DNA of 64,000 nucleotides from NCBI GenBank assembly GCA_963842885.1, contig CAWJIE010000003.1:288001-352000 (forward strand), given 5' to 3'. Positions 28,205-37,806 of this stretch are shown here, one piece after another. Within the stretch, counting starts at the first letter, position 1. Every line of letters begins with the position of its first letter. The notes under the pieces are model-generated. The model was not told the origin of the DNA. It made no database searches and saw only the letters and a list, made by a program, of their open reading frames with translations. Source of the stretch: an uncultured Nitrososphaerota archaeon. GTDB lineage: Archaea; Thermoproteota; Nitrososphaeria; Conexivisphaerales; DTJL01. Made by a program: the position numbers and the translations under genes.

Positions 28205-28442
28205 CTTTCACGTTCTCCAGCCAAGAGGGAAGCGAGTACCCGAAGGCGGAGGTCTTCTGCAAAGTGGCGATGAAGGAACTTGTCCCCGCACTTCCAGAAG
28301 AGGAAGTCGTGGACCTTCGTGTTGGCCCCATTGGGGAGGAGCTCGCGCCACATCTGGGGCAGTGTAAGTTGTCTTTGACCCAGGCCTCCGTGAAGACCCT
28401 GGCTTTCTGGGAACGGCTCCTGTACTAATCGCCCAGATTCAT
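28205..28442 (-). pseudogene. DpnI/Dam-replacing-protein family endonuclease N-terminal remnant
   Basis: MNLGD*YRSRSQKARVFTEAWVKDNLHCPRCG then, frameshifted, NTKVHDFLFWKCGDKF; matches the recalled DpnI N-terminal pattern YxSxSQxARxxTExW...CPxCG...N..V.DF. Confidence 0.7.
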
Positions 28443-28725
28443 GGAGAGCCCCAGGTCTACAGTCACGCATCAATCGAATAGCCGCATATGCGTTCACATG
28501 GTGCCTCTTGGAATGCCACGAACATCTTATCGCGTTCCCCCCGTTCTACAGTCCGTTCTCCTACGGGGTGTGTTGAACTCAAATGGAGATGGGATTGTTT
28601 GTCGCATCTTCATACGAACTGGCTCTAGGGTGGATTAGAAGGGTCCTCCAGTCCGACTTGCCGGCTTCCATCATTCAAGCTCTCCAATCGGCCGGACCCC
28701 AGAAGACGCTTGTGCCAGGCCCAAG

Positions 28726-29074
28726 TCTGACGTAGTGCCGACGTGATGCCGACGTGTTCTGACGTGTTCTAGGGGAGGGTTTTCCGCCCAGCAGACGACG
28801 GGCTGGCGATTTCCTCTGCTCGTCAACAGGCTGTCTTTAGCCCTCCTCCAGCTCGTCCAGAGCCCACATGATGGGGTCTTTGACACGTTTTTCCACGTCA
28901 GTTGGGAGGCCTAGGACACGTCAGCCATTGCGGCCAGACTCAGTCCCCGGGTGTCCAGGGGCAATCCAAAACACGTCAGACGAGCAACCACGCTATGAAG
29001 AAGGACTAGTACATCGGGTTCAGCATGACCGGCTCGCTCCCTAGCAGCTTCGGAATGTGCTCGGCCTGACGTTT
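28726..29074. repeat. Cluster of convergent YGACGTG(T) motifs
   Basis: Four tandem + copies at 28726-28770; inverted copies at 28893-28901, 28915-28925, 28969-28980; partial copies at 28882 and 29066. Confidence 0.7.
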
Positions 29075-30036
29075 CATGAAACGCTTATTCGCTCGCCGGG
29101 TTTAACGTTCGGGCCCCTGTAGTATGGTTCGCGGAGCCAAACCGTCTTGAGGAACTGGGCCGCCACCTCCTGATCGGAGCAGCCCCTCCTCAGCGCCTTG
29201 AGGAAGTCTATGGTTCCGTCGTCGAGCAAGAGACAGGGCTTGAACCGGCCGTCGTGAGTGATCCGAATCCTGTTGTCCGCCATGCAGAAGTCTGCGTTGT
29301 GGACAGGTCTCACAATCTCGACCTTGACGCCGTTGGGGAGCGTGTACTGGGGGCGGCGCTGCATCTCGCGGACGAAGCAGGATGAAGCCCTCTCCTTGAG
29401 CTGGGCCTCCACAAGGCCGAGGTCGTAGTGGTAGGACCTGTAGAATTCGAGGTCCACCGGGACCAGTTCGATGAGCTGGACGATGACCCTATCCCCTCCG
29501 CCCAGCGACTCGGCGAGAGAGATGATGTCCCACAGCTCGTCGTCGTTGTATCCCTTCAGCAGGACAGTGTTCAGCTTGACGGGAGTGAGCCCGAATTCGA
29601 CGGCCTTTGATATGGCCGCCAAGGTCTCCTTGAGGCGGACGCTGGAGGTAATCCACCTGAAACGCTCTTCCTTGAGGCTGTGCAGGCTTATGTTCAGACG
29701 TTTCATGCCGGCCTCCTTCAAGGAGGCGACCAGAAGTTCCACCCTCGTCCCGTTGGTGGTCATGCCCAGATCGTCAGGGTGGAGGGACCCGATCTCACGG
29801 ACTACATCCAGGATGTCGGGCCTCACCATGGGCTCACCGCCGGTGAGCTTGACCTTCCGAACGCCGAACTGCAAGAGGACCTTCGTCACCCTGCCAATCT
29901 CCTGCGCCGTCATCAGCGTCTCGGCCTTTCCCTGGAAGCCCTCGTTGTGGCAGAACACGCAGTCGAAGTTGCACTCTGGAGTCACCGCTATCCTGACCGA
30001 CGACACAGGCCTTCCGTACCTGTCAACGAGGACCAA
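29074..30036 (-). CDS. moaA: GTP 3',8-cyclase MoaA
   Basis: DRYGR...CNFDCVFCHNEG radical-SAM motif, LTGGEP, FCMADNRIRITHDGRFKPCL. Confidence 0.95.
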   Translation of the reverse strand: MVLVDRYGRPVSSVRIAVTPECNFDCVFCHNEGFQGKAETLMTAQEIGRVTKVLLQFGVRKVKLTGGEPMVRPDILDVVREIGSLHPDDLGMTTNGTRVELLVASLKEAGMKRLNISLHSLKEERFRWITSSVRLKETLAAISKAVEFGLTPVKLNTVLLKGYNDDELWDIISLAESLGGGDRVIVQLIELVPVDLEFYRSYHYDLGLVEAQLKERASSCFVREMQRRPQYTLPNGVKVEIVRPVHNADFCMADNRIRITHDGRFKPCLLLDDGTIDFLKALRRGCSDQEVAAQFLKTVWLREPYYRGPNVKPGERISVS

Positions 30037-30097
30037 TGAGTATGAACACCGAAACCACTACGGGATGCCAGCGTGGCGACCTCTGACGGCTAGGCCT

Positions 30098-30410
30098 CTA
30101 CGCAAGCGCTTTCTTGACTTCTTCGCGTACCTGGTCGTCCGTCTTTCCGTCGGTGGAGATCCCCAGCTCCCTCGCGGCCCTCATGAGTTTGTCATGGTCA
30201 GAGCCGGCGGGTTGTACAGGCTGGGCGCCCTGCGCTTTCAACCTAGCCACCTCCTGCTCGGACTCGACCTTCGCCTTCTGGAACTCGCCCTGAGCGCGTC
30301 CGAGGGACTTCGCCAAGGTCAGGGATTTTGCCCGCACCGAAGATCAGGACGACGACGATCACAATGACGATGAGCCATTCCGAACCTTGTAGCAGTTGCG
30401 GGACCATCAT
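30098..30410 (-). CDS. tatA: Twin-arginine translocase TatA; frameshift near 30330
   Basis: EWLIVIVIVVVLIFGA-KIP-LAKSLGRAQGEFQKAK, C-terminal ARELGISTDGKTDDQVREE. Confidence 0.85.
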
Positions 30411-30650
30411 GGTAGTTTTCCAACCTCACAACTGATTATTCCCTTTTAAACATAACGCCCTGGGAAAGGGGATGTGTCAGCAATGGTTCTGCTTATCCAG
30501 GAATGCCAGGAAACCGACCTGGAGCCCCCCGCTCAGTCGCCTCCACTCTGGAAGGCGGCCTATACGCCAAGCTTCCTGTAATCAGGCTCCCTTTCGAGTC
30601 TGCCGAGCTGGTCGAAATGATAGCGGTTTGGGCACCGGGAGAGGGGCCGT

Positions 30651-31370
30651 TCATCCGCCCTCCAGGGAGGGCTGGAGGTCTTCGATGAAGTCCCGCAGTA
30701 CCTTGATGTCCTCTTCGACGAATCCGGCTGCGACCTGGGATGCCCCCCTGTAGAAGGACGAGCTGGCCAGCTTGATTACGTCATCTGACAAGAGCCCGAT
30801 CCATCGGCCGAGGTGGCTGTGGAGGAACTTGTATTGAAGGCTAAGGAGCTCCAGTGCCTTCTCCTGGTCGCGAGATCTTGCGGCCGGAATCGTCTCCTTG
30901 GACAGATAGGACATGAACTGCAGCTCCACCGCCACATGGTCGTCGGGCTCAGTAAACGCGTCGGCTTTGTCCAAACCCACCGACCGATACATCTCCATCA
31001 CCTGGTTCCGCTTCTCCTCTCTTGCTTCAAGCCCACCCGAGGCATACGCAGATTCCGAAGGACATGCATGCAAACCCCAGACGCCTAGAAATAGACCTTT
31101 GAATTCGACGGACAGGGCCTCCATGACTTTCTCTCGAGGTGTGGCGACCGATTCCTTGAGATATGATTCCAGGTTCATCAGCCCTTCGTTGAGCTTCTTG
31201 TTCCCGAGTTCCTTAAGTGGTGCCAACTGGCCCATGGCTTCCCTTCTCTCCTGCAGCTCCTTGATGATCGCCTCCGTAAGTTCCCTCTCGAACAGCCTCG
31301 AGAGGAAGGAATAGAGTGCCTGCCGGCTGCCGCAAACCGCATCCAGGTCCTCGAAGATGTCGTTCGTCAA
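30651..31370 (-). CDS. TorD/DmsD-family molybdoenzyme maturation chaperone
   Basis: RQALYSFLSRLF...PSESAY...EPDDHVAVELQFM...FLHSHLGRW...FY. Confidence 0.88.
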   Translation of the reverse strand: MTNDIFEDLDAVCGSRQALYSFLSRLFERELTEAIIKELQERREAMGQLAPLKELGNKKLNEGLMNLESYLKESVATPREKVMEALSVEFKGLFLGVWGLHACPSESAYASGGLEAREEKRNQVMEMYRSVGLDKADAFTEPDDHVAVELQFMSYLSKETIPAARSRDQEKALELLSLQYKFLHSHLGRWIGLLSDDVIKLASSSFYRGASQVAAGFVEEDIKVLRDFIEDLQPSLEGG

Positions 31371-31459
31371 CTCGGGGTCCGCTTACCACCCCGTTAAGTT
31401 GGAAACCATCTTATTAAAGGCTCGAAGAAGCTTGATATCGGTTTCAGGAAGACGTCGTG

Positions 31460-31850
31460 CCATCTAGCTCCCCGCCGCGGCGGCCTTCCTGGCATGGACA
31501 GCCACCGCCAAAGACCAGGTCTCGCCAATCAGGCCATCCTCCATATGCAGATAGACCCCAAGGGGGCTAACTGAACGGCGAACCGGAGCATACCCGCCGA
31601 TTCCGCAGCCCTGCCAACCTCGGCGAAAGAGGCCCTCTCACAAGTCCCCACGACGACCAGCGAGTCGAGGTTGAAGCGCCGGACGAAATCAGACACTTTG
31701 TCCAAGTCGGCGCAGACGCCTGGGGCGGAAAGAAGGTGAATGCCGTCTGATTCCAGGATCCGCTGCTTCAGGATGAGTCCCTCAGGTGGCCTTTGTAGGA
31801 CTCGCAGACGACAACGGCGCACGCGAACAAGGCAAACCCGCTGAGGCCAT
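31460..31850 (-). pseudogene. Degraded fragment resembling an HdrA-type Fe-S subunit N-terminal domain
   Basis: GVCADL...FNLDSLVVVGTCE...AAESAGM...VQLAPLGSIC pattern; no intact frame. Confidence 0.35.
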
Positions 31851-31939
31851 TGGTTCCCTTCTTGCCCTTTCCCCACCTGTCGTGTAGGCTGCCACACAGC
31901 GCATACACCTTAAATAAACGACACGGGGCAGTAGGAGAG

Positions 31940-32473
31940 TTGCAGCCTTCAAAGCCAGAGGACCTCAGACGTTACATTCGCGACCTCCCCGACTATCCCG
32001 TAAAGGGCGTGATCTTTAGGGATCTTACCCCGCTTTTCAAGGACAAGAAGGCGTACCGGTGGGCGATCTCTCGACTGGTCAGCTTCTACAAGAAGGAAAA
32101 GGTGGATCTTGTCGCGGCGGTCGAAGCCCGGGGCTTCATAGTCGGCGCGCCTTTGGCACTGGAGCTCGGCGTTGGGTTCGTCCCCCTCAGGAAACCGGGG
32201 AAGCTTCCCTGGAAGAAAAGAAAGATCACGTACCAGCTGGAATACGCGGAGGAATCCATTGAGATTCACGAGGACGCGGTGAAGAAGGGCCAGCGCGTCC
32301 TGCTGGTGGACGACCTTCTGGCGACGGGTGGGACCGCATCAGCAGCGGCAAAGCTCATCGAGCAGCTGGGCGGCAAGGTCGCGGGGATGGCCTTCGTTGT
32401 GGAGCTCGCATATCTAGATGGGAGGAGCAAACTGAAGGGCTACGACGTAAAGTCGCTCCTGGTCTACAAGTGA
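31940..32473 (+). CDS. apt: Adenine phosphoribosyltransferase
   Basis: PDYPVKGVIFRDLTPL, EARGF, RKPGKLP, VDDLLATGGT. Confidence 0.96.
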   Translation: MQPSKPEDLRRYIRDLPDYPVKGVIFRDLTPLFKDKKAYRWAISRLVSFYKKEKVDLVAAVEARGFIVGAPLALELGVGFVPLRKPGKLPWKKRKITYQLEYAEESIEIHEDAVKKGQRVLLVDDLLATGGTASAAAKLIEQLGGKVAGMAFVVELAYLDGRSKLKGYDVKSLLVYK

Positions 32474-32480
32474 ACGGCCT

Positions 32481-33153
32481 TCACAGTTCTTCCGTCGCTT
32501 CCCCCTTTATCCTATAAATCGAAACGTCGGGGAAGTTGAAAAGCCCCACCTCCACGACACCTGCGAAGCCCTTGACCTTCCTCTCCAGGGCCTCCGCGTC
32601 CGAGATGGAACGGAACTTTACGTCCAAGATGACGTTTCCTCTTTCCGTGAGCAGCGGAAAGCCCCTCTCCAGCAACCTCATGCTGGCCCTCCCCCCTTCC
32701 AACGACAGGCGCCTCTTGACCAGTTCGACGGCGGCGGGGACGACCTCGACCGGGACGGGCATGTCCAGGTTCTCTGACGAACTTCTCGTACCCCGCAATC
32801 ACGAAAATCGACTTGGCAGCCTCCCAAAGGATCTTCTCGTTAAGAAGCGCACCGCCTCCGCCCTTGATGATTCGTCTTCTGGAATCTATCTGATCAGCGC
32901 CGTCCACCACCGTGTCGACTTCCTTGATGAATTCAATCGAACCCATGCGGAGTCCCGCTTCGGCTGCGACGAGCTGAATCTGTCTCGAAGATGGATAGGC
33001 TATGAGCCTCCGCACGAGGGATTCCTCACCTTCGAGGGCGCGGACGAAATCCGCCGCGGCGCGGCCGCTTCCCAGCCCAAGAGTCCTGGAGGCCTGAAGC
33101 TGCTTCCTGAGCCTGGGCATCTTCTCCAGTTGAATCAACATAAGATGACGCAC
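32481..33153 (-). CDS. rpiA: Ribose-5-phosphate isomerase A; frameshift near 32775
   Basis: GLGSG...DGADQID...IKGGGGALLNEKI, then PVEVVP...TERGNVILD...GVVEVGLF. Confidence 0.9.
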
Positions 33154-33846
33154 CTACTGCTCCATGTCCATCTGCTCGAGCTTCGCCATGGCCTCGCTGA
33201 TGTCGTCGACGACCTTCTTCAGCTTCTCGTCCATGACCGGCGCCTTTTCCCTTCTGGCATCAGTGAGCTTCTCCTTCCTTTCTTCTCTCAGCGGCTCCAG
33301 AGCCTTCTCCAAAGGAGGGAGCTCCGCGCCGACCTTGACCTTCAGATCCTTCAGCCTTGCGTCGATCTGCGCCACCTTGGAGTTCACCAGGGAAAGGAGC
33401 TCCTCCCTGGCGTTCTCCAGGTCGGCAACATCGACAACGGCTTGGGCCTTGGATAGTTTCTCGTCGACTCCCTGAAGGTCCCCCCTATACTTCTGAGAAA
33501 GAAACTGCATTTCGTCCTTGGTAATCCTCCCCTGCACTTCGGCTTCGTAGACCCTCGTCAGGGCGCCGCTCAGGTATTCCTTCTCCATCTTCATGAGGCG
33601 GACCTCCCTGCGCGCGCTTTCCAGCTCGGTGGTCGTGGGGCCACGGAGCAGGATATGTTCCGCCGACTCGGCGACGGGCGGCGGCTCAATCCTAGGGGTC
33701 TCTGCCCTAGCTCTCCTAGTGCGACGGGAGTAGACATAGGCCCCCCCTACGGCAGCACCGAAGGCCGCACCGAAGGCCAGGCCCTCGATGATAAGAGAAG
33801 CGGAATCCGAGCTCAACGAAGCCTTTCCTTCTACGCTTGACGCCAT
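33154..33846 (-). CDS. Hypothetical membrane-anchored coiled-coil protein
   Basis: N-terminal TM (LIIEGLAFGAAFGAAVGGAYVY) followed by heptad-rich helical region, 230 aa. Confidence 0.65.
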   Translation of the reverse strand: MASSVEGKASLSSDSASLIIEGLAFGAAFGAAVGGAYVYSRRTRRARAETPRIEPPPVAESAEHILLRGPTTTELESARREVRLMKMEKEYLSGALTRVYEAEVQGRITKDEMQFLSQKYRGDLQGVDEKLSKAQAVVDVADLENAREELLSLVNSKVAQIDARLKDLKVKVGAELPPLEKALEPLREERKEKLTDARREKAPVMDEKLKKVVDDISEAMAKLEQMDMEQ

Positions 33847-33886
33847 GAACTTCCCGTTAGTTAAGCGTATTCGTCACGAAACCGGC

Positions 33887-34054
33887 TCAATCCAAGCGCT
33901 TGGCCCAGCTGTAGGAGCGAAGCTTGGGCGACGCGCCGAATCCGCAGTTGGAGCACTTCTTCGAGTGGATGTTGTATGTGGCCTTCCCACAGCGGCGACA
34001 GACTATGTGAGTCTTGTGCTTGCTGTGCTTACCCGCTGACGGAGTTCCCTTCAA
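33887..34054 (-). CDS. rpl37e: 50S ribosomal protein L37e
   Basis: Manual translation MKGTPSAGKHSKHKTHIVCRRCGKATYNIHSKKCSNCGFGASPKLRSYSW. Confidence 0.95.
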   Translation of the reverse strand: MKGTPSAGKHSKHKTHIVCRRCGKATYNIHSKKCSNCGFGASPKLRSYSWAKRLD

Positions 34055-34083
34055 CTGAGATCATACAACCTTCTTTGTCTGGC

Positions 34084-34317
34084 CTAGCCGAGCGGAGGAG
34101 GAGAGATCAGAACCACGTTGTCTCCCCTTACGACGATCGTCCCAAGGGAGTTGGACTTCCCCTCTGCGAGCATCTCCTCCGACCCCTCCAAGATGAGGTT
34201 CATGTGCTGGTCAAATCCCTGAAGGGACCCCCTGATGACCTTGCCCCCTTTGAGCTTAATCAGGACGGTCTTGCCGATGCTGTCGTTCAGTACTTTGAAT
34301 GTCATGTCTGCGGCCAA
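34084..34317 (-). CDS. Sm-like (Lsm) protein
   Basis: GSLQGFDQHMNLIL...IVVRGDNVVLISP; upstream of rpl37e. Confidence 0.93.
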   Translation of the reverse strand: MAADMTFKVLNDSIGKTVLIKLKGGKVIRGSLQGFDQHMNLILEGSEEMLAEGKSNSLGTIVVRGDNVVLISPPPLG

Positions 34318-34398
34318 TTCTCGTCTCTCTCCTCGCTGTCGAGGGGGAGTCTATGCCCATATATTTAAATTTGCAACAGGCTCCCCTGCCCCCAGCCC

Positions 34399-34884
34399 TT
34401 GAAGATACAGTTCTACTCCAAACGCGAACTGAAGGAGATCGAAGACGCCCTAGGGGTCCAATGGAAGAACGCAACGGTCCCCGAGCTCGGGCTTGAGAGG
34501 AGGGGCTTCGTCGAGGAAGGCTCGTACGTGGCCCTTGGGAATCACACCGTGGTCGACGCCAGAGGCGTGTTCGCGCCGTTCTTGGGCGACGACGAACTGC
34601 TAAAGGCTTTTCCCAAGGTCGTGGTGGATATGGGCGCCATCAAGTTCCTCACCAACGGCGCCAACGTGATGAGGCCAGGAATCAGGTCGTTCCTCGCCCC
34701 CTTCTTGAAGGGGGACGTGGTGGTCGTGATAGATGAGAAACATGGCAAGGCGTTGGCCGTCGGCACGGCGATGGTGGACAGCTCAGAAGGTGAGAGGACG
34801 GAGAAGGGTCCCGTTATCAAGAACGTTCATTACATCGGCGACAAGTTCTGGAACGCTGTTAGGGAGTTGAAGGCTGAGGCCTAA
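34399..34884 (+). CDS. PUA-domain RNA-binding protein
   Basis: VVVDMGAIKFLTNGANVMRPGI...HYIGDKFW. Confidence 0.88.
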   Translation: MKIQFYSKRELKEIEDALGVQWKNATVPELGLERRGFVEEGSYVALGNHTVVDARGVFAPFLGDDELLKAFPKVVVDMGAIKFLTNGANVMRPGIRSFLAPFLKGDVVVVIDEKHGKALAVGTAMVDSSEGERTEKGPVIKNVHYIGDKFWNAVRELKAEA

Positions 34885-35428
34885 GAGAAGCCGCAGAGCT
34901 GAGCATCTTCCTTCCTGTTTCGCTCTTGATTCGCTCGTCGGCCGTCATCCAGAACTCGTCAAGGAGCTCTTTCCTGATCCCCTTCCTTTCGTAGGCCGCC
35001 GCCTGCATCACCATCTCTAGTTTGTCCATGTCCCTCACCAGCAAGGCCTCCTGGCTGCTTCCATGGTTGAACTCCTCGAATAACGTGATGTAGGAGGTAA
35101 TCAGGGGCTCGGGCAGGGCACGAAGGAGATCTGAAAGGGCGACGCTCTCCTTCACGTCCTTCAGCGCGACATCCATTTCCCCCGGCTGAATGTCCCCGGT
35201 GACGGCTTCACAGACGTCATGAAGAAGGGCCATCCTCATCATCTTCTCTGTATCCAAGTGAAGGGCGTCGCCAGCGATCATGGCGGCTAGGGTCGTCGAA
35301 AAGATGTGATCGGCGACGGACTCCGGGGAAGCGACTCCCGCCCTTCGCTTCCATCCCTTCCTCTCGACGTCCTTGACGCCGGAGCACGCCGCCAGCGTCG
35401 CAAGCATCCCTTGAAAATCATCGTCCAT
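34859..35428 (-). CDS. HD-domain hydrolase (HDDC2/YfbR-like)
   Basis: RKGW...ESVADH...LLHDVCEAVTGDI...DKLEM. Confidence 0.88.
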   Translation of the reverse strand: MDDDFQGMLATLAACSGVKDVERKGWKRRAGVASPESVADHIFSTTLAAMIAGDALHLDTEKMMRMALLHDVCEAVTGDIQPGEMDVALKDVKESVALSDLLRALPEPLITSYITLFEEFNHGSSQEALLVRDMDKLEMVMQAAAYERKGIRKELLDEFWMTADERIKSETGRKMLSSAASLRPQPSTP

Positions 35429-35589
35429 GTGTGTCTACGCGGAAGAGTAGGTTCCTTGAGATATTTGAACCCGGCTGCGAAAAACGCCTTGGAGCTACTG
35501 CTTTCTTACAAGCATGACAAGAATAATTTACCTAGCTAGGTATTGAAGTCACCCGTCTATCATTGTCTAACCAGAGCAGTGAAAGGTAG

Positions 35590-35880
35590 ATGAGTCAGGC
35601 TGCTACGAAGACGCATGAAAAGGAAACCGTGACATACTTGAAGGCATACCCGATCAAGAGTGCCGACGAGGTGCCCAAGGTCAAAGAGGACCTGCGCAAC
35701 GGAACTATCATAATCCTGAGGATAACTCCGCTGGCCAACAAGAGCATTGAAGAGCTCAAGCAGGCCGTTGAAGAGCTCTACGCATTCGCCACCGGCGTCG
35801 GAGGCGACATAGCGCGCCTGGGAGAGGAAAGAATCGTGATAACCCCCCCTAAGGTGAAGATCTGGCGGGCGCTGGGCTGA
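35590..35880 (+). CDS. sepF: Cell division protein SepF
   Basis: VKEDLRNGTIIIL...GGDIARLGEERIVITPPKVKI. Confidence 0.8.
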   Translation: MSQAATKTHEKETVTYLKAYPIKSADEVPKVKEDLRNGTIIILRITPLANKSIEELKQAVEELYAFATGVGGDIARLGEERIVITPPKVKIWRALG

Positions 35881-35886
35881 AGCGAT

Positions 35887-37806
35887 CTAGTATAGCTTTA
35901 TGCTGTCCAGGACATTCGGCTGGTAGGCGGGAAGCCTGAATATCCTCTCGATGGATTCGGCGAGGTTCTCGCACTTCTTCCGTTCTCCGTGGCCGACTAT
36001 GACCCTCTGGAGCTTCGGCCTCAGTTTAGAGACATAACGGATTATCTGGTTGTAGTCGCTGTGACCGCTGAATCCCTCCACCTTCTCCACCTTGCAGTTG
36101 ACGTCCACTATCTTCATCCTTCCTCCGTCCTCAACGAGTGTGACTTGGCGGGAGCTGTCTAAGACGCGGCGGCCGAGGGTCCCCTGCACCTGATATGAGA
36201 CGAACAGTATCTTGTTCTTCGGGTCGCTGGCGAGCTCTTGAAAGTACTGGACTGAGGGTCCGCCCTCCATCATGCCAGAAGTGGCCATGATTACGGAAGG
36301 GCCGGAGGCCAGCGCCTCCTCCCTCTTGCTCGGGTGGTCTATGACGGTGAAGTATTCCGTGATGAAGGGGTTCTCGTCCTGGTCCACAATCCTGTCCCTG
36401 AGCTCCCTAGAGAGGTACTCAGGGTAGTACATGTGGATGGCCGTCGCCTCCCTAATCATGCCCTCGACGAAGATGGGGGCCTCCGAAAGGATGTTGTGCC
36501 GCATGTAGAGGTCCAGCACCAGCATTATCTCCTGTGCGCGCCCGATCGCGGGAACGGGGATGAGCACCTTCCCTCCTTCCTTCAGCGTGGAGTTGATGCT
36601 GTTGACGAAGGTCATCTCGGTCTCCTCCCTAGGCGGGGAGATGTCCGACTTGTTGCCGTAGGTGCTTTCGGTTATCAGGGTCTCGACCCTGGGGTAGTTG
36701 AAGGAGGCGGCCTCCAACAGCAGGCTCTTTGCGAACTTGAAGTCGCCCGTGTATACGATGTTGTGAGCACCTTCGCCCACATGAAGATGGACGGTGGCGC
36801 TGCCGAGTATGTGGCCCGCGTTGTATAGCACGAGCTTCACGTCGGGTGAGATGTCGGTCACCATGCCGTAGGGAAGAGGTATGATGTGGCTAACAAGGGA
36901 CCTCAAATCTTTCAGGTCCCACATGTACGATTGGCCCTCCATCGTGGAGACCTTCAGCGCGTCTGTAAGCAGAAGTTCCACCATGTGAAGCGTCGGCTCG
37001 GTGCAATAAAGGGGCCCCTTGTAGCCGTACTTGTAGAGGAGTGGCAGGAAACCGACATGATCAAGATGGCTGTGGCTCAGCACGATGGCGTCGATGTCCG
37101 CCAAGCTTGCGTTCAACCAGTCCAGCCTTGGGAAGCAGTCCGGCGGGTTGCGGTTGCCCGGATGGATGCCCCCATCGAGGAGTATCTTACTATCAGTAGT
37201 CTCTATCATCATGGAGGATCGCCCTACCTCCTTGAAGCCTCCCAGAGCCGTGAACCTGACCTCGTTCCTGTCGCTCATACGGGGCCTGAATATCCTCTCG
37301 CCGGTCTGGCGCATGAACTGGAGGCGCTCGTCCTGGGTCGCCTTCAGCGTGTAAAGGACGTTCTGGACGGTCGTGCTGGGGATATCCGAGGATTTCCTGA
37401 TCTTGAGGCGCCAACCCGTCGTGTCGAGGAGCTTGGTTACCTCGGGGCTGATGAGCTTGGGATGGCGCAGGTCTACGATTGCTTCCCCGGTCGTTTCGTC
37501 GAAGAACATATTCTGGAGGCCGGCATCGCGAGGGATGCAAGAGGCAAGGAAGTTCCTCGCTTCGTCCTCGGGCTTCCTCACGGACTGGTCCACCCTGATT
37601 ATCACCCTCTTCTTCAGTGAGTTCACTATCTCGGGGATGACGTATTCGTTGTGGTCGAAGAAGGTCGGGTTCTTCGAGTAGAGGGCTATGCGGGGGCCTT
37701 CATACTCTACCCTCACTACCTGAGCTTCGGGGGGGACATTCTGTAGAATCACCCCTACGATGCTCTGACTTTTTCCTCCGTTCTGGTTCCTCTGCGTCAA
37801 ACTCAA
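35887..37806 (-). CDS. fttA: Beta-CASP ribonuclease aCPSF1 (FttA)
   Basis: N-terminal KH region, EVGRS, SHSHLDH, NAGHILGS, YTGD, GFSGHSD. Confidence 0.95.
   Translation of the reverse strand: MSLTQRNQNGGKSQSIVGVILQNVPPEAQVVRVEYEGPRIALYSKNPTFFDHNEYVIPEIVNSLKKRVIIRVDQSVRKPEDEARNFLASCIPRDAGLQNMFFDETTGEAIVDLRHPKLISPEVTKLLDTTGWRLKIRKSSDIPSTTVQNVLYTLKATQDERLQFMRQTGERIFRPRMSDRNEVRFTALGGFKEVGRSSMMIETTDSKILLDGGIHPGNRNPPDCFPRLDWLNASLADIDAIVLSHSHLDHVGFLPLLYKYGYKGPLYCTEPTLHMVELLLTDALKVSTMEGQSYMWDLKDLRSLVSHIIPLPYGMVTDISPDVKLVLYNAGHILGSATVHLHVGEGAHNIVYTGDFKFAKSLLLEAASFNYPRVETLITESTYGNKSDISPPREETEMTFVNSINSTLKEGGKVLIPVPAIGRAQEIMLVLDLYMRHNILSEAPIFVEGMIREATAIHMYYPEYLSRELRDRIVDQDENPFITEYFTVIDHPSKREEALASGPSVIMATSGMMEGGPSVQYFQELASDPKNKILFVSYQVQGTLGRRVLDSSRQVTLVEDGGRMKIVDVNCKVEKVEGFSGHSDYNQIIRYVSKLRPKLQRVIVGHGERKKCENLAESIERIFRLPAYQPNVLDSIKLY

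Noticed and set aside
28726-28770. CRISPR mini-array
   Set aside because: Units are about 10 bp with no spacers, and there are no cas genes
30472-30753. Short + strand ORFs between tatA and torD, and the many antisense ORFs over ribosomal genes
   Set aside because: No recognisable motifs; shadow ORFs are typical of high-GC sequence
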